DNA of 64,000 nucleotides, taken from contig VSOA01000001.1 of NCBI GenBank assembly GCA_009774585.1, positions 1,610 to 65,609 of the forward strand, written 5' to 3'. The stretch comes from Lachnospiraceae bacterium. Its GTDB lineage: Bacteria > Bacillota > Clostridia > Lachnospirales > Lachnospiraceae. Shown one piece after another: positions 27,957-37,595 of this stretch. The notes under the pieces are model-generated. The model did no database searches, was not told the DNA's origin, and saw only the letters and a program-made list of their open reading frames with translations. Positions within the stretch are counted from its first letter, which is position 1. Every line of letters begins with the position of its first letter. A program made the translations under genes and the position numbers.

Positions 27957-29015
27957 ATGGTGAAACAACGAAGCATGACGGATATTTCGGATCAGAATAC
28001 AGAGACAGGGTATATGGGGCTGGAAACGCAGAACGATGACATGATGCCAAAGACAGAAGATGGTGATGCGAAAACGAAAGGCATGAGCGGAAAGCTGGCA
28101 GTGGCAGTGATTGTCGGTATACTGATCGTACTGGCAGCATCCGCGGCGTCAGCGGTGTATATGATGCGACCGCCCAAAGGATGTGAGGACTATACGGTAC
28201 AGATGCATCAGTACTATGTGGAATATTCGGATGAATACGACTACTGGGATGTATTGACGATAGAATATCCGGAGATTAACGGTATTGAAGAAGATAAACA
28301 GGATGCAATCAATGTATTGTTGTATGATGCCGCCATGGACCGGACGAACTACTGGCATTTCGAGCCGAATGACGAGGTGAAGAAGCTTCAAGAGGAGCAT
28401 TATTCTCTTTTCTGCAGTGATGTGGACTGTACGGTGAAATATCACAGCCAGTATCTGCTTAGTATGTCCTATGATGAAATATATGCTCCGGCGAATCCTG
28501 TATGGTATGTCAGTATGACGAAGAGAGGAATGAATATTGACCTTATGACAGGCGAGGAGTATCAATTGTCAGATATCCTGCTGCTCGATGAAGAGTTTGC
28601 AGCGTTTTGGGCCAAGAGGGCAAACGAAGCATATGATGATTTCTTCGGGGAGGAGAAGGAAGACAGAAAGACACTGCTTGCATGGTTTTTAAAGAATGAT
28701 GAAGAGTGGAATGCATACTATGAATTTCAGCCTTATTTCTATGTGACGGATGAAGGAAAGTTTATTATAGGGATATCAATTAATCCGAAATATATAAGTG
28801 CTCATGAGCCGCAGGAGGATTTCTATGAAATCTGCTGTGACGCACAGGAATTGGAAGCGTTTCGCACAGAGTCGCAGTTCTGGGAACAATATGAGTTATC
28901 GGAACCGGCCGGTGAAGTAGTGGAATGTGAGGAATTGCAGACGAATCTGTGGTTAGGAGATACTGAGGGGATATGGGATTACTGGGAAGAAAGAGGAGAT
29001 TTGCTTACGCATTAA
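27957..29015 (+). CDS. Membrane-anchored protein with an RsiV/PdaC-like (DUF4163/DUF3298-type) extracytoplasmic domain (tentative)
   Basis: One TM is present (LAVAVIVGILIVLAASAASAVYMM). The pattern EYPEINGIEEDKQDAINVLLYD ... MNIDLMTGEEYQLSDIL resembles that family from memory. The start is chosen 5 nt after GAGGA. Confidence 0.45.
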   Translation: MVKQRSMTDISDQNTETGYMGLETQNDDMMPKTEDGDAKTKGMSGKLAVAVIVGILIVLAASAASAVYMMRPPKGCEDYTVQMHQYYVEYSDEYDYWDVLTIEYPEINGIEEDKQDAINVLLYDAAMDRTNYWHFEPNDEVKKLQEEHYSLFCSDVDCTVKYHSQYLLSMSYDEIYAPANPVWYVSMTKRGMNIDLMTGEEYQLSDILLLDEEFAAFWAKRANEAYDDFFGEEKEDRKTLLAWFLKNDEEWNAYYEFQPYFYVTDEGKFIIGISINPKYISAHEPQEDFYEICCDAQELEAFRTESQFWEQYELSEPAGEVVECEELQTNLWLGDTEGIWDYWEERGDLLTH

Positions 29016-29977
29016 TAGCAATCGTAGAGGCAGGTATGCTGCTTCTGCTGCCGGAGATGAATGTACAAGCAGCAGATACGGAAGACATGGTTGTACGGAT
29101 TGAGGCAGGGCAGGAAGAAGATTATATAAGATTAATACAGGACCCGGTAGAGTATGAAGTGCGACCGGGAGACTGTCTGTGGGATATCGCTGAAGAATTC
29201 TGGGGAGACGGCAGTCTCTACAGTGATATTGTCATGTCTAATCAGGAAAGCATATCGGACGCAGACATGATTTATCCGGGCATGCTGCTTGAACTGGGAA
29301 ATAGCGCTTATATCAAAAGGCAGAGCAAGTACGGAAGAATTTATATGTGGAGATATGTGTTTTACAAGCCGGATGGGAGTACGGTAGGAATTTCTGAATT
29401 CGGAGAACACGGCTCCAATTTCTGTCTGTCCGGAGACGGAAAGATAGCTTGTCTTGTGCAGGATAAGACACAGGAGTTAGTCAGGACGACTTCTGACTGG
29501 GAGGCATGTACAAGGAAACTGGACGAGTACGCTAAAGACAATTATGAAGGAAAGATAGACGAGTTTTCTTTTGAGCATTATCAATCGGAAAAAGGAGAGG
29601 ACATTTACCTGTATTCCTGCCGGTATCAAATTGATTTCAGCAAATACGGATATGATGGAACTGCATATGCGTATCTGTGTGTCGGCATGAAAATGACAAA
29701 GCACATACAGGCGGAATTTGTCGGCTTTGACATGGATGAAGGGATTAAGGATTCAGTGCGTTATGTGACGGCGAGTTTTGAGGAGCAGCCGGGTCTCGGG
29801 GAATATACGACCGTCAACGGTTCCAATATGGCAATCTGGGAAGATTGCGAGTGGGAATTAGACGGCATGTTCAATTCATTGGCGTGGCTTGACGGCTGTC
29901 TTACCTATTTAGCGGACAAGGCGATGGAAGAACCGGAGGATCAGAAGGAGACGATGACGTCGAAATATGGAAAGTGA
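28973..29977 (+). CDS. Secreted LysM-domain protein
   Basis: A signal peptide is present (RKRRFAYALIAIVEAGMLLLLPEMNVQAA). The LysM motif is YEVRPGDCLWDIAEEFWGDGSLYSDIV...IYPGMLLEL. The 5' end overlaps the upstream gene by 43 nt. An alternative start exists at 29036. Confidence 0.7.
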   Translation: MGLLGRKRRFAYALIAIVEAGMLLLLPEMNVQAADTEDMVVRIEAGQEEDYIRLIQDPVEYEVRPGDCLWDIAEEFWGDGSLYSDIVMSNQESISDADMIYPGMLLELGNSAYIKRQSKYGRIYMWRYVFYKPDGSTVGISEFGEHGSNFCLSGDGKIACLVQDKTQELVRTTSDWEACTRKLDEYAKDNYEGKIDEFSFEHYQSEKGEDIYLYSCRYQIDFSKYGYDGTAYAYLCVGMKMTKHIQAEFVGFDMDEGIKDSVRYVTASFEEQPGLGEYTTVNGSNMAIWEDCEWELDGMFNSLAWLDGCLTYLADKAMEEPEDQKETMTSKYGK

Positions 29978-30052
29978 ATGGCACCTCATTTAACTATAAT
30001 GAAAGTTCATTATGACGTTTTTGATAAGACGGAAAAATGAAAAAATGTTATA

Positions 30053-30081
30053 TTGACTTTATCATACGGTTTGCCTATAAT
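30053..30081 (+). promoter_or_regulatory. Sigma-A promoter for the GH43 gene
   Basis: TTGACT, a 17-nt spacer, then TATAAT. This is a near-consensus promoter. Confidence 0.65.
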
Positions 30082-30126
30082 TACTTAAAATGACAAATAA
30101 AAACAGTGCGGAAAGAGGAAAAATTC

Positions 30127-31542
30127 ATGAATAAACACACACGAAACCCCTATCTTCCCTCATGGGAATACATTCCTGACGGGGAACCCTATTTGTTTGA
30201 CGGAAGAGTTTATGTCTATGGTTCTCATGACTTCTTCAGAGGAAATGCCTACTGTCTGGGAGATTATGTCTGTTGGTCGGCGCCGGAAGATGATTTGGGT
30301 GACTGGCGTTATGAAGGCGTCATCTACAGAAAAACTCAGGATCCGCTCAATCCCGATGCATCCATGTGTCTCTATGCGCCCGATGTGACGAAGGGACCGG
30401 ATGGCAGATATTATCTGTACTATGTACTGGATAAAGTATCCGTGGTATCCGTGGCAGTCTGTGATACGCCTGCGGGACAGTATGAATTCTATGGATACGT
30501 GCATTATCCCGATGGGAGCCGGCTGGGTGAAAGAGAAGGTGATGAACCGCAGTTTGACCCGGGTGTGTTGACGGAAGGAGATGCAACTTATCTTTATACC
30601 GGGTTCTGTGCAGTTGGTGATACTTCACGAACCGGGCACAAGGGCGTAAAGCTTGCAGCGGATATGCTGACTATCATGGAAGGTCCTGTAAATATCGCTC
30701 CCAGCGAGCCTTACAGCAAAGGCAGCAGTTTTGAAGGACATGAGGTTTTTGAAGCCCCTTCTATCAGGAAGAGAGGGGACACCTATTACTTTATTTATTC
30801 TTCTGTTGCAATGCATGAGCTTTGCTATGCCACCAGTAAATCTCCGCTTAAAGATTTTGTGTACGGCGGCGTGATCATTAGCAATAACGATCTGCATATC
30901 GACTCTTACAAGCCGGCGGATCAGCCCATGTATTACGGCGGCAACAACCACGGAAGCATTATTCAGATTAAGGATAAATGGTATATTTTCTACCACAGAC
31001 ATACAGACGGCACGAATTTCAGCCGCCAAGGCTGTATCGAGGAAATTACCTTCCGCGAAGATGGCAGTATCATTCAGGCGGAGATGACTTCAAGCGGCGC
31101 AAGCAATACGCCTTTTGAAGGAAAGGGTACTTTTGAGGGATACCTTGCGTGTCAGCTTTTTGCGAAGGATATTGCGTTCACCACCGGAGCGCCCGGAGAA
31201 TTTATGGATGACCGTTTTCCGAGAATCACGCAGGACGGCAAGGATGGGGACGAATATCCCGGCTATGTGGGCAATATCCGTGACGGCGCGCACTGTGGTT
31301 TCCGCTATTTCGACTGCAGAGACGTAAAGAGCATCACCGTTCGTGTGAGGGGATATTGTAGTGGTAATATCTGCGTGAAGACCAAATGGGACGGCGAAAT
31401 CTTAGGTAGAATTCCCGTTGGATTTACAAATGTTTGGAAGGATTACAAAGCGGATATTGCAATTCCCGACGGTGTACAGTCCATCTACTTCATGTATGAG
31501 GGACATGGCGCGGCCAACCTGGCATCCTTTACTTTAGAGTAA
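30127..31542 (+). CDS. GH43-family glycoside hydrolase (beta-xylosidase/alpha-L-arabinofuranosidase type) with a C-terminal CBM6-like domain; cytoplasmic
   Basis: The N-terminus NPYLPSWEYIPDGEPYLFDGRVYVYGSHD and the five-bladed propeller motifs are typical of GH43. No signal peptide is present. Confidence 0.75.
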   Translation: MNKHTRNPYLPSWEYIPDGEPYLFDGRVYVYGSHDFFRGNAYCLGDYVCWSAPEDDLGDWRYEGVIYRKTQDPLNPDASMCLYAPDVTKGPDGRYYLYYVLDKVSVVSVAVCDTPAGQYEFYGYVHYPDGSRLGEREGDEPQFDPGVLTEGDATYLYTGFCAVGDTSRTGHKGVKLAADMLTIMEGPVNIAPSEPYSKGSSFEGHEVFEAPSIRKRGDTYYFIYSSVAMHELCYATSKSPLKDFVYGGVIISNNDLHIDSYKPADQPMYYGGNNHGSIIQIKDKWYIFYHRHTDGTNFSRQGCIEEITFREDGSIIQAEMTSSGASNTPFEGKGTFEGYLACQLFAKDIAFTTGAPGEFMDDRFPRITQDGKDGDEYPGYVGNIRDGAHCGFRYFDCRDVKSITVRVRGYCSGNICVKTKWDGEILGRIPVGFTNVWKDYKADIAIPDGVQSIYFMYEGHGAANLASFTLE

Positions 31543-31591
31543 GCGGCATTTTGGATAAACTGTAGATAAATTTGACACAGGACGATACCAT

Positions 31592-31622
31592 GTAAAATCG
31601 GTGTCGTTTTTGTGTATAGAGA
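31592..31622 (+). terminator. Rho-independent terminator after GH43
   Basis: ACGATACC pairs with GGTGTCGT, giving 8 bp including one G-U pair. The loop is 10 nt and a TTTTTG tail follows. Confidence 0.55.
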
Positions 31623-31683
31623 ACAAACGATATATTTCGATCTTCCCTGACGGGAGTTGAGATAGGAAAGCAGAGGAGTAAAT

Positions 31684-33915
31684 ATGAAACTATGGTATGA
31701 TAAACCGGCATGTTTCTGGCATGAGGCCCTGCCAGTCGGAAACGGTAGAATAGGTGGTATGGTACACGGCGGTATCGAAAGAGAATTGATTCAGTTAAAT
31801 GAGGACAGCATTTGGAGTGGGAAACATTTAAACCGCAACAATCCGGATGCAAAGGAGAATCTTCCTGTGATTCGCAAGCTGATTCGGGAAGGCAGGGTGG
31901 AAGAAGCGCAGCAGCTTGCTATGTATGCGCTCTCCGGCACACCCAATTCCCAGCGTTCCTATCAGACGGCGGGTGAATGCTATCTTCAGATGCACCATGG
32001 GAATGAAGTGCAGGACTACAGAAGAGAATTGGAACTTACGACAGGTGTCTCCAGTGTATCCTATACGGCGCAGGGCGTGCGTTATCTGCGCGAGACTTAT
32101 GTATCATATCCGGAGAACTGCATGGTGATGGTGCTGAAGACGGCAGACGGAGCACCCTTTTCCTTTGATTGTCTTCTGGGACGTTGTCATAATGCCACGG
32201 ATGAAGTAGAAAAGGTGGATGATCATACGATTTGCTTTGCGGTGGATGGCGGGCAAGGCGGTATTTCTTTTGCCGTGGCGCTTGGCACTAAGACCGTGGG
32301 CGGCTCCGTGCGTGTCATTGGTGAACACTTACTTGTAAGGGAGGTGAAGGAGGCGTATCTCTATCTGGATATTGAGACGAGTTTCCGGGAAACGGATTAT
32401 CGAGAAGCTTGTTTAGACAGAATCAGAGCGGCGGCTGCGAAGGAAGAAGCGGATATCCGTGCTGCGCACAAGGAAGATTTCGGCGCTATTTTCGGCAGGC
32501 TTGCGCTTTCCTTTGAATTGACGGATGCGACCCTTGAGCAGATTCCGACGGATGAGCGGCTGCGAAGAGTGCAGGCGGGCGAGAGGGATATGGGATTGAT
32601 GGAGCTGTATTTTCAGTACGGCAGATATCTGCTGATGTCTTCGAGCAGGAAGGGAAGTCTTCCCGCTAATCTACAAGGTATCTGGAACGACAAGCTTTAT
32701 CCTGTGTGGGAGAGCAAGTTCACCATCAATATCAATACGGAGATGAATTACTGGATTGCGGGAAGCGGGAACTTAAGCGAATGTCAGCTACCGCTCTTTG
32801 ATCTGCTTGAACGAGTAAAGGAGAACGGTAAGGAGACAGCACAGAAAATGTACGGCTGCAGAGGGAGCGTAGCCCATCACAATACGGATTTGTACGGAGA
32901 TACGGCGCCTCAGGATCATTGTATCACGTCCACATTCTGGGTGATGGGGGAGGCATGGTTAGCCACTCACATCTGGGAGCATTATCTGTATACGGGAGAT
33001 GCAGCGTTCCTGCGCGAGCATTTTGATGTGTTGGAGCAGTGTGTGACCTTCTACTATGACTTCCTGATTGAGGGCGAAGAAGGAAATCTGGTGACTTCAC
33101 CATCTATGTCGCCGGAGAATACTTATGAAAGGACGGATGGGACATACGGGGTGCTCTGTGAGAGCGCAGTGATGGATACGGAGATTCTGATGGAACTCTT
33201 CAACTGCTACATCAACGCCTGCAGGGTGCTGGCACTTGACGAAGAGAAGGCCAAGAAAGCTGCTCGCGTGATGGCACGTTTTCCGAAACTGAAAATCGGT
33301 AGATACGGACAGCTTATGGAGTGGATGGAGGATTATGCGGAACCGGAACCGGGACACCGGCATATATCTCATGTGTACGGTGTGTATCCGGGTAGTTCCA
33401 TCTCCTATGAGAAGACGGGTGAACTGATGGAGGCGGCGAAAGTGACGCTTGAGAGGCGTCTGGCAAACGGCGGCGGTCATACCGGTTGGTCGCGGGCGTG
33501 GATCATCGGCTTATGGGCACGTTTTAAGGAGGGCAGGAAGGCTTACGAGAATCTGCAGGCTATCCTTTCCATGGGTACTTATCCCAATCTGATGGACAAC
33601 CATCCGCTTGGCGAGCATGATTATGTGTTCCAGATAGACGGCAATCTCGGCGCATCAGCGGCTGTGCTTGAAATGCTCGCTTACAGCAGACCGGACAGAC
33701 TGGAACTTTTACCTGCAGTGACGACTGAGACGGCGGGCGGGCGTTTAAGCGGCATGGGTCTTCGAAGCGGTGGAACCTTGGATATGGAGTGGAAGGACGG
33801 CAAGGTGCTGTGGTATCGCATCATACCCGGGCGTGACACAAAGCTGGAGATTTGTGCAAACGGTAAAACGGAAGAAGTGAAGCTGCAGGCTGGGGTAGAA
33901 TATTGCAGTAAATAA
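31684..33915 (+). CDS. GH95 alpha-L-fucosidase/alpha-L-galactosidase (paralog 1); cytoplasmic
   Basis: The N-terminus LWYDKPACFWHEALPVGNGRIGGMVHGG and the catalytic-region motif FTININTEMNYW are typical of GH95. No signal peptide is present. Confidence 0.85.
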   Translation: MKLWYDKPACFWHEALPVGNGRIGGMVHGGIERELIQLNEDSIWSGKHLNRNNPDAKENLPVIRKLIREGRVEEAQQLAMYALSGTPNSQRSYQTAGECYLQMHHGNEVQDYRRELELTTGVSSVSYTAQGVRYLRETYVSYPENCMVMVLKTADGAPFSFDCLLGRCHNATDEVEKVDDHTICFAVDGGQGGISFAVALGTKTVGGSVRVIGEHLLVREVKEAYLYLDIETSFRETDYREACLDRIRAAAAKEEADIRAAHKEDFGAIFGRLALSFELTDATLEQIPTDERLRRVQAGERDMGLMELYFQYGRYLLMSSSRKGSLPANLQGIWNDKLYPVWESKFTININTEMNYWIAGSGNLSECQLPLFDLLERVKENGKETAQKMYGCRGSVAHHNTDLYGDTAPQDHCITSTFWVMGEAWLATHIWEHYLYTGDAAFLREHFDVLEQCVTFYYDFLIEGEEGNLVTSPSMSPENTYERTDGTYGVLCESAVMDTEILMELFNCYINACRVLALDEEKAKKAARVMARFPKLKIGRYGQLMEWMEDYAEPEPGHRHISHVYGVYPGSSISYEKTGELMEAAKVTLERRLANGGGHTGWSRAWIIGLWARFKEGRKAYENLQAILSMGTYPNLMDNHPLGEHDYVFQIDGNLGASAAVLEMLAYSRPDRLELLPAVTTETAGGRLSGMGLRSGGTLDMEWKDGKVLWYRIIPGRDTKLEICANGKTEEVKLQAGVEYCSK

Positions 33916-34012
33916 GGACCGGATTTCCTACAAAGGCGTTTGCATGGTGTAGATGAGAATATATTGTAAGGGACAGTGCATATGAACCGCGTGCTGACCG
34001 GGAGGAGAATAA

Positions 34013-36373
34013 ATGAAGAAATGGAAGATTCCGGAAATAAAACGTGGGGTGGTAAAACAGGATAAGATATTTTGGTACTATTTGTTGACTTATCTTGTGG
34101 TGCTGTTTATTCCCATGTTGATTTGTTGTTTTTACTATATCCATATGCTGACCCTGATTGCCGAGGATGATATCAAGGCAAAGGAGAGCGAGCTTTCCCA
34201 TGCCGCAGTGCTGGTAGATAACATGTTGGACGAGTTCGAGCATCTGGGAAACTCCATCGCTACCAACTTATACGTCAATGGATTCCGCACAAAGACGGAA
34301 GTATTTGACTATCCCAATACATATCGGGTGTATGAATTATGCGCCTCGCTGCCGGATTTGTACCAGACGAACCAGTCGATCTTTGAATACTTCATTTTCT
34401 TTGACCAAAGCGAGATGGTTATCGGTAAAAATGTAGCGTATACTTATGAGGAATTTTACAATATGTATATGCATGCGGATAAATATGCAAGCTACGAAGA
34501 TTGGTATACCTATATGAAAGAGGAGACAGTGCTTTACGGGCTTTCTCCTATGGAAACATATTTTTATGCAAAAAGTGAAACGGAAAAATATTTGAATCTG
34601 TGTTATTATGAGAGACCGTTAATGTTGATGAGCACGGAACCAAGAAGTAAGATTCAAATATATATGAAAGAATCCGCGTTGGAAGAGATGTTGCCAGTGC
34701 CGGTGGAGCACGGGATTTGCTTCATAGAAGATTTAAACGGACAGATGCTTTATTTCCGGCAGGATGGCTCTGAAGAATCATGGCAGCAGGAGAGGATCTT
34801 GGATTTGAGGCGGCAGGTGCGGGAAAGACAGAAGGGAGACCGGCAGCAAATCCAATTTGATGGAGAAAAATATGAGGTCGTGAAATATGTTTCCGACCGT
34901 TCCGGACTTGTGTACTATGAATTACTGCCGCAGGATGTGGTGCTGGGAAGAGTATTTTCCAGTTTGTTGATATCCGGCGTATTTATTCTGGCGGGAGCAG
35001 TGGTGGGCGTGCTGCTCAGCTATCATATGTCGGTGCGAAGCGTAACCCCCATCAATGATATACTGAGTCATGTATCTAGGAGCGCGGAACGTTTTGAAGG
35101 ACATCAGTCGGTTTTTTCCAGCTTAAAGACGACGTTTAATTACCTTGCAGCCACCAATACCAAACTGGCGGATGCCATTGAAAGCCAGCGTCCTTATCTG
35201 CGCAATGCTTTTATGAACCGTCTCATATATGGGGATTTCAAGACGGATGGCGAGGCGGAAAAAATCGCGGAGCATGTAGGATTCGACTGGAAAGAGAAGG
35301 TGTTCGGCGTTGTGCTGTTCCGATTTCATCTGTTTACCGGCGATGTAAGGGAAGAGGATATGAAATTAATGTGTTCCTGTATCCTATCCCTGATGGAAGT
35401 GATCAAAAAGGAGATTCCTGACAGCCTGTACACCAGTTTAGGCGAGGAGCAGGTGGTACTGCTTCTGGGCGTTGCGAAAGAACGGGAAAGCCTGTTCAAA
35501 GAAGAGATAGAGGAGATTACCCTGCGTATCCGGGAAAAGATTTCATTCAGTATCGCAGAGAAGCTTTTTGCCTATGGAGGCAATCGGGTAGAGACTCTGG
35601 AGCAGGTGTACGAATCCTACCAGAACGCATCTTATATGATTTTTGATGAAAATGACCAGATTGAGAATGCGATTATCTGGTATCAGGAGAGTACCTTGGA
35701 TGTGCCTAAGTATCCGCCGCAGGATTTTTCCGTGCGGCTTGGGTATTTTGTGACGGCCGGAGACAGCAAGGGGCTGCATGATGCATTTGAAGATATTATA
35801 AAGAAATATATCATAGAGAATAATCTTCCCGTATATCTGCAGCAGATGTTATTGAATGAACTGCAGGCGGCGCTTTTTCGCATCATTGGTCGTATGGGAA
35901 TGGGAGAAGAGGAAGAGAGAAGCTATTATGCGCAATTGGAAGAGAGTCATAACGCGCCCTTGATCGCGCAGATTACCGGCACCCTGAATCTTTACAGACA
36001 GGTGTGCGAATATGTGAACAGCCAGAAGCAGCGGGGGATGTTTGATATGAATTCTTCAGCGGTAACGGCATATATTGACACCAATTTCGGTGATCCGGAA
36101 TTGTGTCTGGCTTCTGTGGCGTCGCATTTCAAATTAAGCGAAGGATATTTGTCCCAAATGTTTAAGAAGACTTACGGAACGAATTTTTCCACGTATGTGG
36201 AGACGGTCAGGGTGGACAAGGCAAAGGATTTTCTGATGAATACGACTTTGCCCGTCAGCGAAATTTCGGAATTGGTGGGCTATCTTGCGCAAAATACTTT
36301 TGGCAGAGCTTTCAAGAGAGTGACGGGGCTTAGTCCTTCGGATTATAGAAAAAAGAAACATGTATCAACTTAG
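34013..36373 (+). CDS. Transmembrane one-component regulator: 2-TM extracytoplasmic sensor domain plus a C-terminal AraC-type HTH
   Basis: TM1 is YYLLTYLVVLFIPMLICCFYYI, and TM2 (LLISGVFILAGAVVGVLLSY) lies about 270 residues later. The C-terminal double HTH reads SVASHFKLSEGYLSQMFKK...ISELVGYLAQNTFGRAFKRVTGLSPSDYR. No kinase or receiver motifs are present. Confidence 0.8.
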   Translation: MKKWKIPEIKRGVVKQDKIFWYYLLTYLVVLFIPMLICCFYYIHMLTLIAEDDIKAKESELSHAAVLVDNMLDEFEHLGNSIATNLYVNGFRTKTEVFDYPNTYRVYELCASLPDLYQTNQSIFEYFIFFDQSEMVIGKNVAYTYEEFYNMYMHADKYASYEDWYTYMKEETVLYGLSPMETYFYAKSETEKYLNLCYYERPLMLMSTEPRSKIQIYMKESALEEMLPVPVEHGICFIEDLNGQMLYFRQDGSEESWQQERILDLRRQVRERQKGDRQQIQFDGEKYEVVKYVSDRSGLVYYELLPQDVVLGRVFSSLLISGVFILAGAVVGVLLSYHMSVRSVTPINDILSHVSRSAERFEGHQSVFSSLKTTFNYLAATNTKLADAIESQRPYLRNAFMNRLIYGDFKTDGEAEKIAEHVGFDWKEKVFGVVLFRFHLFTGDVREEDMKLMCSCILSLMEVIKKEIPDSLYTSLGEEQVVLLLGVAKERESLFKEEIEEITLRIREKISFSIAEKLFAYGGNRVETLEQVYESYQNASYMIFDENDQIENAIIWYQESTLDVPKYPPQDFSVRLGYFVTAGDSKGLHDAFEDIIKKYIIENNLPVYLQQMLLNELQAALFRIIGRMGMGEEEERSYYAQLEESHNAPLIAQITGTLNLYRQVCEYVNSQKQRGMFDMNSSAVTAYIDTNFGDPELCLASVASHFKLSEGYLSQMFKKTYGTNFSTYVETVRVDKAKDFLMNTTLPVSEISELVGYLAQNTFGRAFKRVTGLSPSDYRKKKHVST

Positions 36374-36402
36374 GTAAGCCTGACGATACGGGTCATCAGA
36401 TT

Positions 36403-36441
36403 GTAGACAATCATTTGTTGCGGTGATTGTCTACTTTTTTT
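36403..36441 (+). terminator. Rho-independent terminator after the AraC-type regulator
   Basis: An 11-bp perfect stem, GTAGACAATCA pairing with TGATTGTCTAC, followed by TTTTTTT. Confidence 0.85.
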
Positions 36442-36630
36442 GCCTTTAAATTTCATATGAAATATGCACAAACAAGGAAAGGCAGTTCGTGCTGTGGTCT
36501 GCAGAAAGCCCATAAATACGGGATTTCTTAAATTTTGTATAGTGGCACAAGAAGAATTGTAGAATGACTTTTCGCTGGAAAAATGCTATCGTGAGCGCAA
36601 CGAAACAAAATAAAGCGAAGGAGGTACGAA

Positions 36631-37581
36631 GTGAAAACTAAAGTGAAGACGAGGCAAAAAGGAAAGCGGGAAACTTTCGGTCATTATTTTAAAGCCCATT
36701 GGCAGTTGTACGCGATGATTGCTTTTCCGATGATTATGCTGGCAGTGTTCTCCTATGCACCTATGTATGGTATCCTGCTGGCGTTCAAAAACTACCGGAT
36801 TGTGGACGGTATCTGGGGAAGTCCATGGGCGGCGCATTTCGGAATGGATAATTTCATACGATTTTTTAATAATTATAATTTTGGGGAGAGTTTAAGAAAT
36901 ACTTTGGTGATTTCTCTCTACACCCTTGTTGTTAATACACCCTGCGCCATTATTCTGGCATTGTCTTTGAACTATGCCAAGAATATGAAATTTAGGAAGT
37001 TTGTACAAATGGTAACTTATTCGCCGTACTTTATTTCCACCATTGTATTCGTGGGAATTTTGAATGCGATATTCGATACCCGCGTGGGAGCCATCGGAAG
37101 TTTTGTCTATGAGAATATGGGAGTTAATGTTCTTGGTACGCCGGAAATTTTCTCTTCTTTATATGTATGGAGCGGCGTTTGGCAGACGGTAGGTTACGGT
37201 TCCATCATCTATATCGCTGCGCTTGCAGGTGTGGATATGGAACAGCACGAAGCGGCGATCATTGACGGTGCGACCCTGCTTCAGAGAATACGCTATGTGG
37301 ATTTGCCGGCGATCATGCCTACTGCAGTAATCATGTTGATCTTGGAGACAGGACGAATCCTGAATATGGGTTATGAGAAGATTCTTGCGATGCAGAATCA
37401 GAACAATATGTCTATGTCGGAGGTTATCCCGACTTATGCGTTTAAGGTTTCTTTGGTATCTAACTTCCCGGATTATTCGTATGCGACGGCAATCGGTTTG
37501 TTTCAGTCAGTGGTAGGATTGATACTTATCCTTCTTTCCAATAAGATCGCGAAGAAGCTGACCGGTGACGGATTCATTTAA
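36631..37581 (+). CDS. Carbohydrate ABC transporter permease (LplB/YtcP-like)
   Basis: A multi-TM ORF with a GTG start 6 nt after GAAGGAGG. The EAA-like loop reads HEAAIIDGATLLQRIRYVDLP. Confidence 0.85.
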   Translation: MKTKVKTRQKGKRETFGHYFKAHWQLYAMIAFPMIMLAVFSYAPMYGILLAFKNYRIVDGIWGSPWAAHFGMDNFIRFFNNYNFGESLRNTLVISLYTLVVNTPCAIILALSLNYAKNMKFRKFVQMVTYSPYFISTIVFVGILNAIFDTRVGAIGSFVYENMGVNVLGTPEIFSSLYVWSGVWQTVGYGSIIYIAALAGVDMEQHEAAIIDGATLLQRIRYVDLPAIMPTAVIMLILETGRILNMGYEKILAMQNQNNMSMSEVIPTYAFKVSLVSNFPDYSYATAIGLFQSVVGLILILLSNKIAKKLTGDGFI

Positions 37582-37595
37582 GGAGGTAGGGAAGA

